Source of the DNA: Bacteroidota bacterium
GTDB taxonomy: Bacteria; Bacteroidota; Bacteroidia; CAILMK01
NCBI GenBank assembly: GCA_034440515.1
Contig: JAWXCF010000049.1
Span: 12,948-76,947, forward strand
Reading direction: 5' to 3'
DNA length: 64,000 nt
The notes below the pieces were generated by a model. That model searched no databases. It saw only the letters and a list, made by a program, of their open reading frames with translations, and was not told the origin of the DNA. The position numbers and the translations under genes were made by a program. Below, piece by piece: positions 18,610 to 30,300 of this stretch (position 1 is its first letter; every line of letters starts with the position of its first letter).

Positions 18610-19719
18610 TTAGGAGCTAAGCTTTAATTCAAAGTCTCCAGCTGGTTCCTTACCCAAAGTAACTAAAACTTTTACGTGAGATGCAACTGCTTGAGAAAAA
18701 GTTTTATGAAAATAATATGGGACATTATAGTTTTTAGCTACACTTTCTACAATGCCACTAATAGCAGGATAATGTATGCTACATATGTTAGGGAATAGGT
18801 GATGCTCCACTTGATAATTAAGACCACCTACATACCAAGTTAATAATTTACTTTTCATACCAAAATTAGCTGTAGTCCTTAATTGGTGTACTGCCCAAGC
18901 ATTCTCCATAGTTCCTTCATATTCTGGTGTAAAATGTTCTGTCTCCTCTACTACGTGAGCTAGTTGAAATATGATACCCAGTGTAAAACCTGCCACCATA
19001 TGCATTAGCATAAAACCGATTAAAAACTGCCACCAAGCTATAGGTAATAACAATAATGGAATCACAATGGTATAAGCATAATAGATTAGTTTAAATATAA
19101 TAGTTTCCCAGACATCTTTAGAATCGTGCTTTTTTTCGAATGGACCAATATTAGGTTGTAAAAGTTTTTTATAGTCTTTTACAAATACCCAAAAGAAAGT
19201 AGCCAAACTATAGACTAACGGAAAATACAGGTGCTGAAATCTATGAATTTTCATTCTAGGTTGATTAGGACTTAAACGCATATAAGTTGTTACGTCTAGG
19301 TCTTCATCCATCGTGTGAATATTAGTGTATGTATGGTGAACTATGTTGTGAGAAATACTCCATACATAACTACTCCCACCTATTAGATTCATACTGAAGC
19401 CCAATATCTTATTTACTGTTTTGTTAGACGAATAACTACCGTGAATTGCATCGTGTGCTATGCTAAATCCGATTCCAGCCTTAGCCAAACCCATAATTAC
19501 TGCAAAACCCAATAAATACCAAACGCTTAGTCCAGTAAGTAATATCAGTAAATAAGCACCAAAATAAATGCCCAATAATGATATTGTTTTTATAATCATC
19601 TGTGCGTTTGCAGTCTTTTTCAAGTTGTTATCCTCAAAATATGCATTCACTTGCGCCTTCAATTCTCTTACGAATTCCTTTGCTGGCGGGTTATTGAACT
19701 TTACATTTTTTACGATCAT
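18610..19719 (-). CDS. Membrane fatty-acid desaturase family protein
   Basis: Three histidine boxes (HDAIHG, HNIVHH, QVEHHLFP) and multiple TM segments. Confidence 0.75.
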   Translation of the reverse strand: MIVKNVKFNNPPAKEFVRELKAQVNAYFEDNNLKKTANAQMIIKTISLLGIYFGAYLLILLTGLSVWYLLGFAVIMGLAKAGIGFSIAHDAIHGSYSSNKTVNKILGFSMNLIGGSSYVWSISHNIVHHTYTNIHTMDEDLDVTTYMRLSPNQPRMKIHRFQHLYFPLVYSLATFFWVFVKDYKKLLQPNIGPFEKKHDSKDVWETIIFKLIYYAYTIVIPLLLLPIAWWQFLIGFMLMHMVAGFTLGIIFQLAHVVEETEHFTPEYEGTMENAWAVHQLRTTANFGMKSKLLTWYVGGLNYQVEHHLFPNICSIHYPAISGIVESVAKNYNVPYYFHKTFSQAVASHVKVLVTLGKEPAGDFELKLSS

Positions 19720-19731
19720 TCTAATGTATGA

Positions 19732-20058
19732 TTATTTTAATTTTACGTTATTTATATGGCGACTTATGTCTCTAGTTGATTTCTTTGTCATATTCTTATC
19801 AAATGCCTCAGTCAAGTTTATACCAGTCTGATTAGCTATGCAAATTAGTACCCAAAGTATATCGGCTAATTCGTCAGCAAATTTACTATCATCTTCTCCC
19901 TCTTTGAAACTTTGCTCACCATATTTTCTTGACATTATGCGTGCTAGCTCGCCAACTTCCTCTACTAATATAGTCATATTAGTTAATTCGTTGAAGTATC
20001 TGACACCAACTGTCTTGATATATCCATCAACTTTTAGTTGAGCTTCTTCTAAAGTCAT
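19732..20058 (-). CDS. Short MazG-like nucleotide pyrophosphohydrolase
   Basis: 108 aa all-alpha NTP-PPase pattern (EEVGELARI...ELADILWVLICIAN). Its start overlaps the dtd stop by 1 nt (TAATG). Confidence 0.7.
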   Translation of the reverse strand: MTLEEAQLKVDGYIKTVGVRYFNELTNMTILVEEVGELARIMSRKYGEQSFKEGEDDSKFADELADILWVLICIANQTGINLTEAFDKNMTKKSTRDISRHINNVKLK

Positions 20059-20513
20059 TATAATTCTATTCTTTTGCTATCTAATATTATGGTCATTGGA
20101 CCATTATTAATACTATGTACGTTCATATCAGTACCAAACATACCACACTTAACATTGTTTTTACATAAAGTATTCAATTCCTGAATGAAACTATGATATA
20201 AGGGTAGGCAAATTTCAGGTTTAGCTGCTTTTGTAAAACTAGGTCTATTTCCTTTTGCTAGGCTTGCATAAAGACTAAATTGACTCACTATCATAAGTTC
20301 TGCATCTGCGTCATTTAGGTTAATATCAGGTTTCCCATTTTCCCCATTAAATATCCTCATTTGAGTTATTTTCTTTGACATCCAAATCACGTCTTCTTGC
20401 TCATCATCATCTATCCAACAAGAGTAAACTAATAAACCAGTTTCGATTTTACTAAATAATTTATCTTCATTTGTCACGCTAGCTTCAATTACTCTTTGTA
20501 CTATTGCTCTCAT
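20058..20513 (-). CDS. dtd: D-aminoacyl-tRNA deacylase
   Basis: MRAIVQRV N-terminus, SQFSLYA and NGPMTI motifs. 151 aa. Confidence 0.9.
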   Translation of the reverse strand: MRAIVQRVIEASVTNEDKLFSKIETGLLVYSCWIDDDEQEDVIWMSKKITQMRIFNGENGKPDINLNDADAELMIVSQFSLYASLAKGNRPSFTKAAKPEICLPLYHSFIQELNTLCKNNVKCGMFGTDMNVHSINNGPMTIILDSKRIEL

Positions 20514-20524
20514 AGATAACCGAT

Positions 20525-21418
20525 ATGTTTAAAAACTTAATACTCATTATTGTTCTAAATATACTGACACAAACATCAGTATTTGCACAAGTTCTAACTA
20601 CAAAAATGGAGCTTTACTCAGTGAAAATTAAATTTGTTAAGTCAAAATTGACAATTAACGAATATAAGAAAATAGATAACGTCGAGCCAACAGCTACTTA
20701 CGTAAATCAACCTTGGTTTGATGCAGATAATAAAAAACTTTATTATAGTGCAAGTTCAGGTAAACGCATTGACATTCACGTATATGATATTAATAATTCT
20801 ATAATTACTCCATTTATTGTATCAGAATTTGACAAGTTTAGCCCAATGAAAAGACCAGATGGGAAATACTTAAGCTGTGTGGTAGTAGAATCAGATTCTG
20901 CCCAACGAATTTGGCTCTACGACAATAATGGAAAATTTGTAAAGAAACTAAGCGAGAGACACGATTCCATTGGCTATTACGTATGGTTAACTAATGGTAT
21001 TATGGGAACTGTGAATGTCCCAGTTCCACTTTCAGCTCATTGGCTGTACATACCTACAGATTCTATGTTCAAAAAATGCTCATACTCAGGTAGAAACCTT
21101 CAAAGAAGGCCAGTAAAAACCCCTACCCTTACGTTTATAGACAGAACACATAAGTCCGATGATAGTGACGTAATATTTATAACTGACATAAAAGGACATT
21201 TAGAAAAAATAATACGGGTTGTACCTGGTGCTGAAGATTATGTATGGTATGATGCTAATACTTTAATAATGACAGCCAACAATAAACTATGGGGTTATAA
21301 TTTAAAAAATCCTAAGCTAGGTTGGTACCTAATTTGGGATATAGTTATTACCAATGGTACAGTTTATCGTTTTGCTATAAGCCCTGATAAAAAGCATATT
21401 GCATTAGTATCTCACTAA
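20525..21418 (+). CDS. Secreted hypothetical protein, probable TolB/PD40-like beta-propeller
   Basis: Signal peptide. PD40-like SPDKKHIALVS and repeated aromatic/Gly beta-strand patterns. Confidence 0.4.
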   Translation: MFKNLILIIVLNILTQTSVFAQVLTTKMELYSVKIKFVKSKLTINEYKKIDNVEPTATYVNQPWFDADNKKLYYSASSGKRIDIHVYDINNSIITPFIVSEFDKFSPMKRPDGKYLSCVVVESDSAQRIWLYDNNGKFVKKLSERHDSIGYYVWLTNGIMGTVNVPVPLSAHWLYIPTDSMFKKCSYSGRNLQRRPVKTPTLTFIDRTHKSDDSDVIFITDIKGHLEKIIRVVPGAEDYVWYDANTLIMTANNKLWGYNLKNPKLGWYLIWDIVITNGTVYRFAISPDKKHIALVSH

Positions 21419-21435
21419 TCTTTGTTTTCAATTTT

Positions 21436-22896
21436 TTATTTTGATGGAGAAATAAACTGCTCTGCGTCTTCGTAAATTAATGGTGCAATTATTTTACCTG
21501 TAGTATCTATAAAACCCCACTTACCTGCTTTATTTACAGCAGCCAAGCCTTGACTGAAGTCACGAACTTCATCATACGCTGGTTTTATAACCATTGCTCC
21601 TGATGAATTTATAAATCCCCATTTAGCCCCTTGTTGTACTCCCGCTAAACCTCCTTGAAAACCGTGAGCACCATTATATATTAGTTTAATGTAAACTACA
21701 CCTTTATCATTTACAAACCCAGATTTGCCGTCTTTGCTTAAAGTACCAACTTTTTCTTGATAGTCAAACTGAATAAAATCATATTCGGGTTTAAGGACTG
21801 GCTTATTTGTTTGGTCGGTCATACCCCATTTACCATTAACATTCATTAGCGCCAATCCATTATAGAAGCTACTAGCTTCAAAGAAAATAGCAGGAACTAC
21901 CATTTTACCTGTAGGGTCAATAAATCCCCATTTCAAACCTTTTTTTACAGCTGCCAATCCTTCAGCAAATGGTTTAGCATCATCATATACTGCAGGTATA
22001 ACCAATTTGCCAGTTCTATTCATAAAGCCGACCTTCTTACCCTTAGTTACTATCATTAAATCATTTACAAAGCCACTATTAAAAGCGTCGTAACTATTTG
22101 TCCCCGTTATTAATTTTCCAGTTTTATCTATTAGACCATATCCACCTGAGCCTTTTTCTACCTGAGCAAAGCCTTCTGAATTAAATGGAGCTGCTGACTT
22201 AAACTGTGCACTTATTACCATTTTACCATTAGTACCTAAGTAGCCATATTTACCCATACTCTTTACAATGGCTAATTTATCTGCAAAAGGATTTGCATCA
22301 TCATAGTTTGCTGGTATAACCAATTTACCTGTTTGGTCTAAATATCCCCATTTTCCACCTTGTACACCATTGTCACCTAATGGCTTACCACCTTTATTTA
22401 CACAAGCTAACCCATCAGTAAATGGTCTGGCAAACTCATATGTGGCTGGTATAATTAATTTACCTGCTTTATTTACAAAGCCCCACTTACCCAGCTTTTT
22501 TGCTGGTTTCAGTTCTCCTGATGAAGCTTCAATTTTTTCATATTCAGCTTCACCCACAGGTTTACTATTAGCATCAAGCACACCATATTTACCAGAAATT
22601 TTATAAGTACCTGTTCTATCACTACTTAAGTTTATCTCTTCATATTTTAGTGGTAGAATTTCTACGCCTGTCTTTGGTGAAATAATCCCATAATTACCAT
22701 CATTACTTACAATTGCTTGTTCATCATTAATAATAATTATTGATTCAAATTTTGGAGCAACTATTGGTTTGCCATTTGTACCCAGAAGACCAATTTTGGG
22801 ACCTTTGTGAATTTTAGCTACATAGACTTGAGCATTAGTATTGACTACTAATGCTACAGTTGCCAATAAGGTAAATAAATAAGAGAAAAATTTCAT
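21436..22896 (-). CDS. Secreted WG-repeat (KWG-type) protein
   Basis: Signal peptide followed by about 10 tandem ~35-aa repeats of the form KWGFIDxxGKxVIPxxYDxAxxFxxGLAxV. Confidence 0.7.
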   Translation of the reverse strand: MKFFSYLFTLLATVALVVNTNAQVYVAKIHKGPKIGLLGTNGKPIVAPKFESIIIINDEQAIVSNDGNYGIISPKTGVEILPLKYEEINLSSDRTGTYKISGKYGVLDANSKPVGEAEYEKIEASSGELKPAKKLGKWGFVNKAGKLIIPATYEFARPFTDGLACVNKGGKPLGDNGVQGGKWGYLDQTGKLVIPANYDDANPFADKLAIVKSMGKYGYLGTNGKMVISAQFKSAAPFNSEGFAQVEKGSGGYGLIDKTGKLITGTNSYDAFNSGFVNDLMIVTKGKKVGFMNRTGKLVIPAVYDDAKPFAEGLAAVKKGLKWGFIDPTGKMVVPAIFFEASSFYNGLALMNVNGKWGMTDQTNKPVLKPEYDFIQFDYQEKVGTLSKDGKSGFVNDKGVVYIKLIYNGAHGFQGGLAGVQQGAKWGFINSSGAMVIKPAYDEVRDFSQGLAAVNKAGKWGFIDTTGKIIAPLIYEDAEQFISPSK

Positions 22897-23014
22897 AAGT
22901 GTTACGTTTAGGACTGAGCCTGTAAATTTAATGTTTCATTAATATAATTCGATTAGCAATTTAAATATTAATTCTTTAAAATATTTCATCTTTGCATCTA
23001 AACACGATTTAATT

Positions 23015-23503
23015 ATGGCTTCATTTGATATAGTGAGTAAAGTAGATGGTCAAACCTTAGATAATGCTATTAATGCAGCAATCAAAGAAGTTGCTAATAG
23101 ATACGACTTTAGAGGTTCAAAAACTGAAATCGAATTACAGAAAAAAGAAAGTAAAATAATAGTAGTAACTGAAGACAGTATGAAGTTGGGCCAAATAGAA
23201 GACTTAATCAGACAAAAACTTTCAAAACAAGGAATTGACCCGAGAGTTGCTGACTTTGGTAAAGAGGAATACGCCAGTGGAAATATGATAAGAAAAGAAA
23301 TAGTCATTAAGCAAGGCATGGATAAAGAAATGGCTAAAAAGGTAGTAAAACAAATAAAAGACCTAAAACTAAAAGTAGAACCAGCTATTATGGAAGATCA
23401 AGTTCGTGTCTCTGCTAAAAAGATTGACGATTTGCAAGAAGTAATTAATGCTCTTCGTGGTAGTGAGTTAGAAATTCCAATGCAATTTATAAATATGAAA
23501 TAA
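23015..23503 (+). CDS. yajQ: YajQ-family (UPF0234) nucleotide-binding protein
   Basis: MASFDIVSKVDGQTLDNAINAAIKEVANRYDFRGSKTEIEL matches the YajQ N-terminus. 162 aa. Confidence 0.85.
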   Translation: MASFDIVSKVDGQTLDNAINAAIKEVANRYDFRGSKTEIELQKKESKIIVVTEDSMKLGQIEDLIRQKLSKQGIDPRVADFGKEEYASGNMIRKEIVIKQGMDKEMAKKVVKQIKDLKLKVEPAIMEDQVRVSAKKIDDLQEVINALRGSELEIPMQFINMK

Positions 23504-23551
23504 AAAAAAGGGTTGCAGAAATTTAATGCTACAACCCTTAACTTATTTTTA
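23501..23551. terminator. Bidirectional rho-independent terminator between convergent yajQ and the S9 peptidase gene
   Basis: An A8 run, then the GGGTTGCAG...CTACAACCC hairpin, then a T-rich tract. Confidence 0.6.
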
Positions 23552-23564
23552 GATCAACTTTAAG

Positions 23565-25640
23565 TTATTTTTTTTCAGGCAAAGTTCTCTCCAACCAATC
23601 GTAGAATACACGAGTCCAAAGTAGTCCATTTTGCGGTTTTAGTACCCAGTGGTTTTCATCAGGGAAATATAGAAACCTACTTTTAATTCCCTGAGATTGT
23701 GCAGCATTGAATGCATCTAAACCTTGAGTTAATGGTACTCTGAAATCTTTTTCATTATGAATGACTAATATCGGTGTATTCCAATTTTTTGCAAAATTGT
23801 GAGGTGAATTCTTATCAAAGTTTGCAGGATTGTCCCAATATGATTCCTTTTGGTCGTTTTTAGCAAAGAACATTTCTTCAGTACTTCCATACCAAGACTC
23901 CATATTATACATTCCACAATGTGCAATGAAAGATTTAAACCTTCTATTTGTGTTGTGACCTGCCAACCAATAAACTGTGTAACCCCCAAAACTGGCGCCC
24001 ACTGCACCAATTCTAGCCGTATCCACATAGCTTTCTTTACTTACTTCATCTATTGCAGTAGTTAAATCTGTCATAGCTTGACCACCATAGTCACCAATGA
24101 TTGCATCGCACCATTCTTGACCAAAAGATTGAAGACCTCTTCTATTAGGGGCAACAACTATATATCCATAACTAGCCATTAACTGAAAGTTCCATCTAGA
24201 GCTAAAAAATTGACTAACTGCACCTTGTGGTCCACCTTGGCAATATAAAAGCGTAGGATATTTCTTAGTAGCATCAAAATTTGGCGGATAAATCACCCAA
24301 GTCAATATGTCTTTACCATCTGTGGCTTTTATCATTCTTTTTTCTACCCTACCCATTTTTATTGCCGCTAATGCTTCTTTATTAGTATGGGTTAGTTCTG
24401 TTTCTATACCAGTTTTAGCATCTATTGCATAAAATTCAATTGGCTGGCTAATGGTCATTTTACCTCCTACTATCACTGGGGCTTTACCATCTAAACCTAC
24501 AGTTATGCTTACATAGTCGTGCTCACCTTTTGTAACCGGGTTTAATGTCTTTTTCTTTATATCATAAGCATATACTTGCTTGGTAGCTTGGTCTTCAATA
24601 ATAGCGTATAGCATTTTACCGTCAGGCTGCCAGCTAATTGCATTTGTCGTTCTATCTAATTTTTCTGTAACTTCTATTACAGTTTTTTTCGCAATGTCAT
24701 ATAACATAATTCTATTCTTATCGCTTTCATAGCCAGCCCTTGCCATACTTAAATAGGCAATAAATTTACCATCAGGTGAGAAAGTAGGGTCCATATCATA
24801 TCCCTTATTACTTTCAGTCAAGTTTAATTCAGTACCAGTAGTTAGATCGTACATATATAGGTCAGAATTAGTTGAATAGGCATACTCAGTACCAGTCTGT
24901 TTCTTACAAGCATATACTACAGAATTACCATCTATAGACCAAGCTAATTGCTCGGTACCACCAGATGGTTTAATAGGTGAATCAAACCTTTGTCCTTTTA
25001 ATAAATCTTTTCCATCAGCTGCATAGTGACCAGTACGGTCTATGTTTGTAACAAAAATGTGGGTGTAGCTTCCATCATTCCAAGTATCCCAATGGCGGTA
25101 GTTTAGTTCGTCATATATTCTACCTTTTACTTTAGTTAGGTCAGGGTATAAGTCCTGAATGGTAGGCTCTACCTGAATATCTTTCACATACAGTAATTTG
25201 TTCCCATCTGGACTATACACAAATCCAGAAATGCCATCTACAATATTGGTTAGCCTTTGCTTATCAGTTCCATCAGGGTTCATTTCCCACATTTGGGGAG
25301 ATCCAGAAGAGGTTGCCATATATCCAATTTTTTTACCGTCTGGTCTCCATACAGCATATAATATTTTGTCTTCTACAGTAGAAATGAGTGTTTTTGATTC
25401 ACCTTTTAAATCGGTTGTGTAAAGCAAGCGAATTGTCGCATTGTCTTTCATTACTGTTTCACCGACTATGAAAAGCAGTTTTTTACCATCAGGTGATAAT
25501 TCTGCATTACCCACTCGTTTCAACTGAAAAAGCTTATCAATGGTAAGTTGCTGTTGCGCATTTGTAATTAAGGTAATTGCTAGGAATGCTACTACAAGGC
25601 ATACTTGTTTCGTCTTATTGTACATAATATTTATTTTCAA
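23565..25640 (-). CDS. Secreted S9-family serine peptidase (prolyl oligopeptidase / dipeptidyl-aminopeptidase type) with N-terminal beta-propeller
   Basis: Signal peptide, PD40-like repeats, a GASFGGY nucleophile elbow, and a C-terminal alpha/beta-hydrolase domain with Asp/His. Confidence 0.85.
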   Translation of the reverse strand: MKINIMYNKTKQVCLVVAFLAITLITNAQQQLTIDKLFQLKRVGNAELSPDGKKLLFIVGETVMKDNATIRLLYTTDLKGESKTLISTVEDKILYAVWRPDGKKIGYMATSSGSPQMWEMNPDGTDKQRLTNIVDGISGFVYSPDGNKLLYVKDIQVEPTIQDLYPDLTKVKGRIYDELNYRHWDTWNDGSYTHIFVTNIDRTGHYAADGKDLLKGQRFDSPIKPSGGTEQLAWSIDGNSVVYACKKQTGTEYAYSTNSDLYMYDLTTGTELNLTESNKGYDMDPTFSPDGKFIAYLSMARAGYESDKNRIMLYDIAKKTVIEVTEKLDRTTNAISWQPDGKMLYAIIEDQATKQVYAYDIKKKTLNPVTKGEHDYVSITVGLDGKAPVIVGGKMTISQPIEFYAIDAKTGIETELTHTNKEALAAIKMGRVEKRMIKATDGKDILTWVIYPPNFDATKKYPTLLYCQGGPQGAVSQFFSSRWNFQLMASYGYIVVAPNRRGLQSFGQEWCDAIIGDYGGQAMTDLTTAIDEVSKESYVDTARIGAVGASFGGYTVYWLAGHNTNRRFKSFIAHCGMYNMESWYGSTEEMFFAKNDQKESYWDNPANFDKNSPHNFAKNWNTPILVIHNEKDFRVPLTQGLDAFNAAQSQGIKSRFLYFPDENHWVLKPQNGLLWTRVFYDWLERTLPEKK

Positions 25641-25647
25641 CTCTTAT

Positions 25648-27294
25648 TTATTTCTTACTGTTTCTATCATAGACCTTTACACCAGCTACATAAGTACTAA
25701 TTGGCTTGGTCTGGGCTATTTTCTTAGGACTATCTTTTATTAAGTCAGTTTCCAAAATTATGAAATCTGCCCATTTTCCCACTACAAGGCTACCTTTCTC
25801 ATTCTCTTCTCTACAGGCATAAGCAGCCCAAATTGTCATTCCCTTCAGCGCATCTTGTCTAGATATGCTGTTTTCGGGCGCAAAAACTTTTTGTTTTGTA
25901 TTTGTAGCTGGCTGTCTAAATATAGCAGCATAATAGCCCAACATTGGATTAATAGGTTCTACAGGAAAGTCTGTCCCCATTGCTATTAATCCAGTTCTTT
26001 GAATCAATTTCTTATAAGGATAAGCACTATCTGCACGAGTACCTATTCGCCCATATACCCAAGCTGCGTCGCTGGTAGCGTGTGCAGGTTGAACTGATGG
26101 TACAATATGGTATTTTACTATAATATTAAATTCTTCATCTTCAGCCATTTGCAAATGCTCTATTCTCCATCTTAATTGATTATATGTAGGAAGTACCTTA
26201 GAATAGTTACCCAATATTAATCTAAGTGAAGAATCACCAATGCAATGTGTATTTAATTGAAAGCCATAATTATAAACTTTCTTGGCAATAGAAAGAAGGT
26301 ACTCTTCTGATTCAATTAAAATGCCGTTAGAGGATGGTTTATCAGTATAAGGTTTAAGAAGTAATGCTCCCCAACTACCAAGTGAGCCGTCTGCATAACT
26401 TTTTACAGAGCAAAAGTGAAATTTAGGTTTAAATATTTCACCTTTTTGCAATGCAGTAACTAAATTAGAGTCATTATACAACAGCATTGCATTTACCCTT
26501 ATCGTCAATGAATCAGACATTTTATCTAGTGCTAAAATCTCCTTATAACTTATTCCTGCATCACATACAGAAGTTAATCCATTACTTAGGCAGATTTTCT
26601 CCATCTTTTTAACAGCTAAGTACATTTCCTGATAACTATGACTAGGAAGTTTTGCCTTAACTCTGTCCATAGCTTTATCTACAAGTATTCCATTTAGCTT
26701 GCCATTTTCATCTTTACCTATTTCTCCTCCTTGTATTTGTGTGTTTAGGTCTATTCCAGCTAATTGAAGTGCTTTAGAGTTTACTAATACTGAATGTCCG
26801 TCTATCCTAGTTAAGTAAATAGGGGTTTCTGGGTATCGCTTATCTAACTCAACAATAATGTTTAAAGACTTATTTTTCCAAAGGTTTTGATCCCAGCCCC
26901 TACCAATTATCCATTTACTAATATTAGATTTTGCATATTTGTCTATCAATTTTATCATTTCAGCTTGGCTTGATACCCCAACTAAATCTAATTCGTTTAA
27001 ACTAAGACCATAGGGTAAAAAATGGCAATGTGCATCGTAAAATCCTGGATAAACATATCGACCATTTAGATTTAGCTTTTGTGCTGAAGTATATTTTGAT
27101 AAAATATCAGCATCTTCACCAATACCAACTATTTTACCACCCTTTATAGCCATAGCAGATTTAACTGTAAAAGATTCATCTACAGTGTAAATAGTACCAT
27201 TATATACTACAAGATCAACAGTATAGTCCTGCCCGAAACCTATTTTACAGAATAATAGAAAGACGGTAAAAATATAAATAAAATATCTGCTCAT
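25648..27294 (-). CDS. Secreted amidohydrolase-family (Amidohydro_3-like) metal-dependent hydrolase
   Basis: Signal peptide. Metal-binding HxH near the N-terminus of the domain (DAHCHF) and a C-terminal Asp region. Confidence 0.65.
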   Translation of the reverse strand: MSRYFIYIFTVFLLFCKIGFGQDYTVDLVVYNGTIYTVDESFTVKSAMAIKGGKIVGIGEDADILSKYTSAQKLNLNGRYVYPGFYDAHCHFLPYGLSLNELDLVGVSSQAEMIKLIDKYAKSNISKWIIGRGWDQNLWKNKSLNIIVELDKRYPETPIYLTRIDGHSVLVNSKALQLAGIDLNTQIQGGEIGKDENGKLNGILVDKAMDRVKAKLPSHSYQEMYLAVKKMEKICLSNGLTSVCDAGISYKEILALDKMSDSLTIRVNAMLLYNDSNLVTALQKGEIFKPKFHFCSVKSYADGSLGSWGALLLKPYTDKPSSNGILIESEEYLLSIAKKVYNYGFQLNTHCIGDSSLRLILGNYSKVLPTYNQLRWRIEHLQMAEDEEFNIIVKYHIVPSVQPAHATSDAAWVYGRIGTRADSAYPYKKLIQRTGLIAMGTDFPVEPINPMLGYYAAIFRQPATNTKQKVFAPENSISRQDALKGMTIWAAYACREENEKGSLVVGKWADFIILETDLIKDSPKKIAQTKPISTYVAGVKVYDRNSKK

Positions 27295-27300
27295 TTTGTC

Positions 27301-30300
27301 TTACATATTTCTTCTATATTTTCCACCAACCTCATACAATGCTGCAGAAATCTGACCTATTGAACAGACCTTACAAGCTTGCATTAATTCAGAAAATATA
27401 TTTCCATTATTAATAGCTACTTGTTGCAATGATTTCAAAGCTTGAGCAGAAACATCTTTATTTCTAAGTTGGAATTGCAATACAGCATCAATTTGTGCTT
27501 GTTTTTCCTGTTCTGTACTTCTTATTACTTCGCCAGGTGTTACAGTAGGTGAACCTGATTTACTTAGGAATGTATTAACACCCATAATTGGTAGCTCGCC
27601 TGTATGTTTTAGATTTTCATAGTAAAGTGATTCCTCTTGTATTAGGTTCCTTTGATACATTGTTTCCATTGCTCCCAACACACCCCCACGTTCACTTATT
27701 CTTTCGAACTCTGCATACACTGCATTTTCAACCAATTCTGTTAATTCATCAATAATAAATGAACCCTGTAGTGTATTTTCATTTTTCACTAGACCTAACT
27801 CTTTATTAATGATTAACTGAATTGCCATAGCTCTTCGCACACTTTCCTCAGTAGGTGTTGTTATAGCTTCATCGTAGGCATTAGTATGTAGGCTATTACA
27901 GTTATCATATATTGCATATAAGGCTTGTAAAGTAGTTCTTATATCATTAAAGTCAATTTCTTGCGCGTGTAGGGATCTTCCTGAAGTCTGAATGTGGTAT
28001 TTAAGCATTTGACTTCTCTCATTAGCACCGTACTTTATTTTCATTGCTTTGGCCCATATTCTCCTTGCAACTCGTCCAATTACTGCATATTCTGCATCTA
28101 TACCATTGCTAAAGAAAAAGCTAAGATTGGGAGCAAAATCATCGATGTTCATACCTCTATTCAGGTAATATTCTACGAATGTGAAGCCATTCGATAAGGT
28201 TAGTGCCAACTGAGTAATTGGATTAGCACCAGCCTCTGCAATATGATAACCTGAAATACTAACGGAGTAAAAATTTCTAACCTTTTGTTGAATGAAATAC
28301 TCTTGTATATCTCCCATCATTCTTAGGGCAAATTCAATTGAAAATATGCAAGTATTTTGGGCTTGATCTTCTTTCAATATGTCTGCCTGAACTGTACCCC
28401 TTACAGAGGCTAAGGTATCCACCATTATTTGTTCATACACTACTTTTGGTAACACTTCGTCACCACTCACTCCAAGTAGTTTAAGGCCAAGACTGTTGTT
28501 AGATGATGGTATTTCACCGATGTACTTAGGAATTTCTACACCCTTACTGTTGTATAGGGTGTTAATTTTAAGATTTACATCATCCCACAGATTATGGTCA
28601 GTTATATACTTTTCACAGTTTTGGTCAATAGCTGCATTTAAAAAGAACCCAAGTAGCATTGGCGCTGGACCGTTAATGGTCATAGATACTGATGTAAGAG
28701 GATTGGTTAGATCAAAGCCGCTATACAGTTTTTTAGCGTCATCTACAGTTGCTATGCTTACACCACTATTTCCTATTTTACCGTATATATCTGGTCTGTA
28801 GTCAGGGTTTTCACCATATAGGGTTACGCTATCAAAGGCAGTAGACAATCTTTTAAAGGGAGAATCTGCACTTACATAGTGAAACCTTTTATTAGTACGT
28901 TCTGGTCCACCCTCGCCTGCAAACATTCTAATTGGGTCTTCCTCTGTACGTTTAAATGGATACAAACCTGCTGCAAATGGAAACCTGCCTGGAATGTTCT
29001 CATTCAAGATCCAATACAGAACATCACCCCAATCTTGAAAGTTTGGTAAACATACTTTAGGTACTTGTATATGACTTAATGTTTCTGTAAATAAAGGAAC
29101 CTCAATATTTTTATTTCTTACTTGGTAGCTTAATACAGACTGTTTATAAGAGTTCTTAAGCTCTGGCCATTCTGTCAATAGCCTTCTGCTATCAGCGTGT
29201 AGATGGTTTTCTGTATCTTTATATAATTGATCTAAATGTGAAGTATCTAAACCCTTTTGCCTAAATAAATCTATAGTTCCGTGTAATTGATATAATTGGC
29301 TCGCTAATTTCTTTTGTTCTAAAGTGAATTTCCTGTATGCTTTAGCATTTTCAACTATTTCAGCTAAGTACCTGTTTCTTGCTGGTGGTATAATGTACAT
29401 TTTTTCTGAAATTGTCTCAGCCAATACAGAAGTGCTTCTTAGGGGAGAGTTCGTAACTGAACTAATGACATCCATTAGTGCTACATACAGTTTATTTACC
29501 CCCGGGTCATTAAACTGCGAAGCCATTGTCCCGTATATAGGCAATTCTTCATCAGCAACTTGAAATAACATTCTGCTCCTTTTAAATTGCTTTTTTACAT
29601 CTCTTATCGCATCAAGTGCACCTTTTTTATCAAACTTATTGATAGCTATAATATTCGCATAGTCTATCATATCAATTTTCTCTAACTGAGTAGCTGCTCC
29701 AAATTCTGGAGTCATTACATACATACTTACATCAGATAAATCTACGACACTGCTATCAGCCTGACCAATTCCAGCACTTTCTAAAATGATTAAGTCAAAA
29801 CCAGACTTACTACATATCTTAATAGCCTCAGCTACAAACGGTGACAAGGCTAAGTTAGATTCTCTAGTAGCCATACTGCGCATATACACTCTATCATTAT
29901 GAATGCTATTCATTCTGATTCTATCACCTAGTAATGCACCCCCAGTTTTTCTCTTACTTGGGTCAACCGAAATAATGGCTAATTTCTTGTCTGGGTGATC
30001 GTTAATAAATCTCCTCACCAATTCATCTACCAAACTAGACTTACCTGCACCCCCTGTACCTGTTATACCAAGTACTGGTACTTTAAGTGTTTTACCTAAT
30101 TCGTTAAGCTTATTGTGTAAACTTTTAATATCATCGTGGTTTTCTGCATACGTAATCGCTTTTGCTATTTCCGCAAAGTCTGATTGCGGAATACCTGCCC
30201 AGTTTACGTCGTCAATGCTAGATATGGTCGGATAATCGCAAGCTTCGACCAACTCGTTAATCATTCCTTGCAGACCTAATTTTCTTCCATCGTCTGGACT

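Noticed and set aside
19732-20058. Short MazG as a defense-associated (anti-phage) nucleotide hydrolase
   Set aside because: It is translationally coupled to dtd. From memory, this pairing is common in Bacteroidota and looks like housekeeping; there are no neighbouring defense genes.
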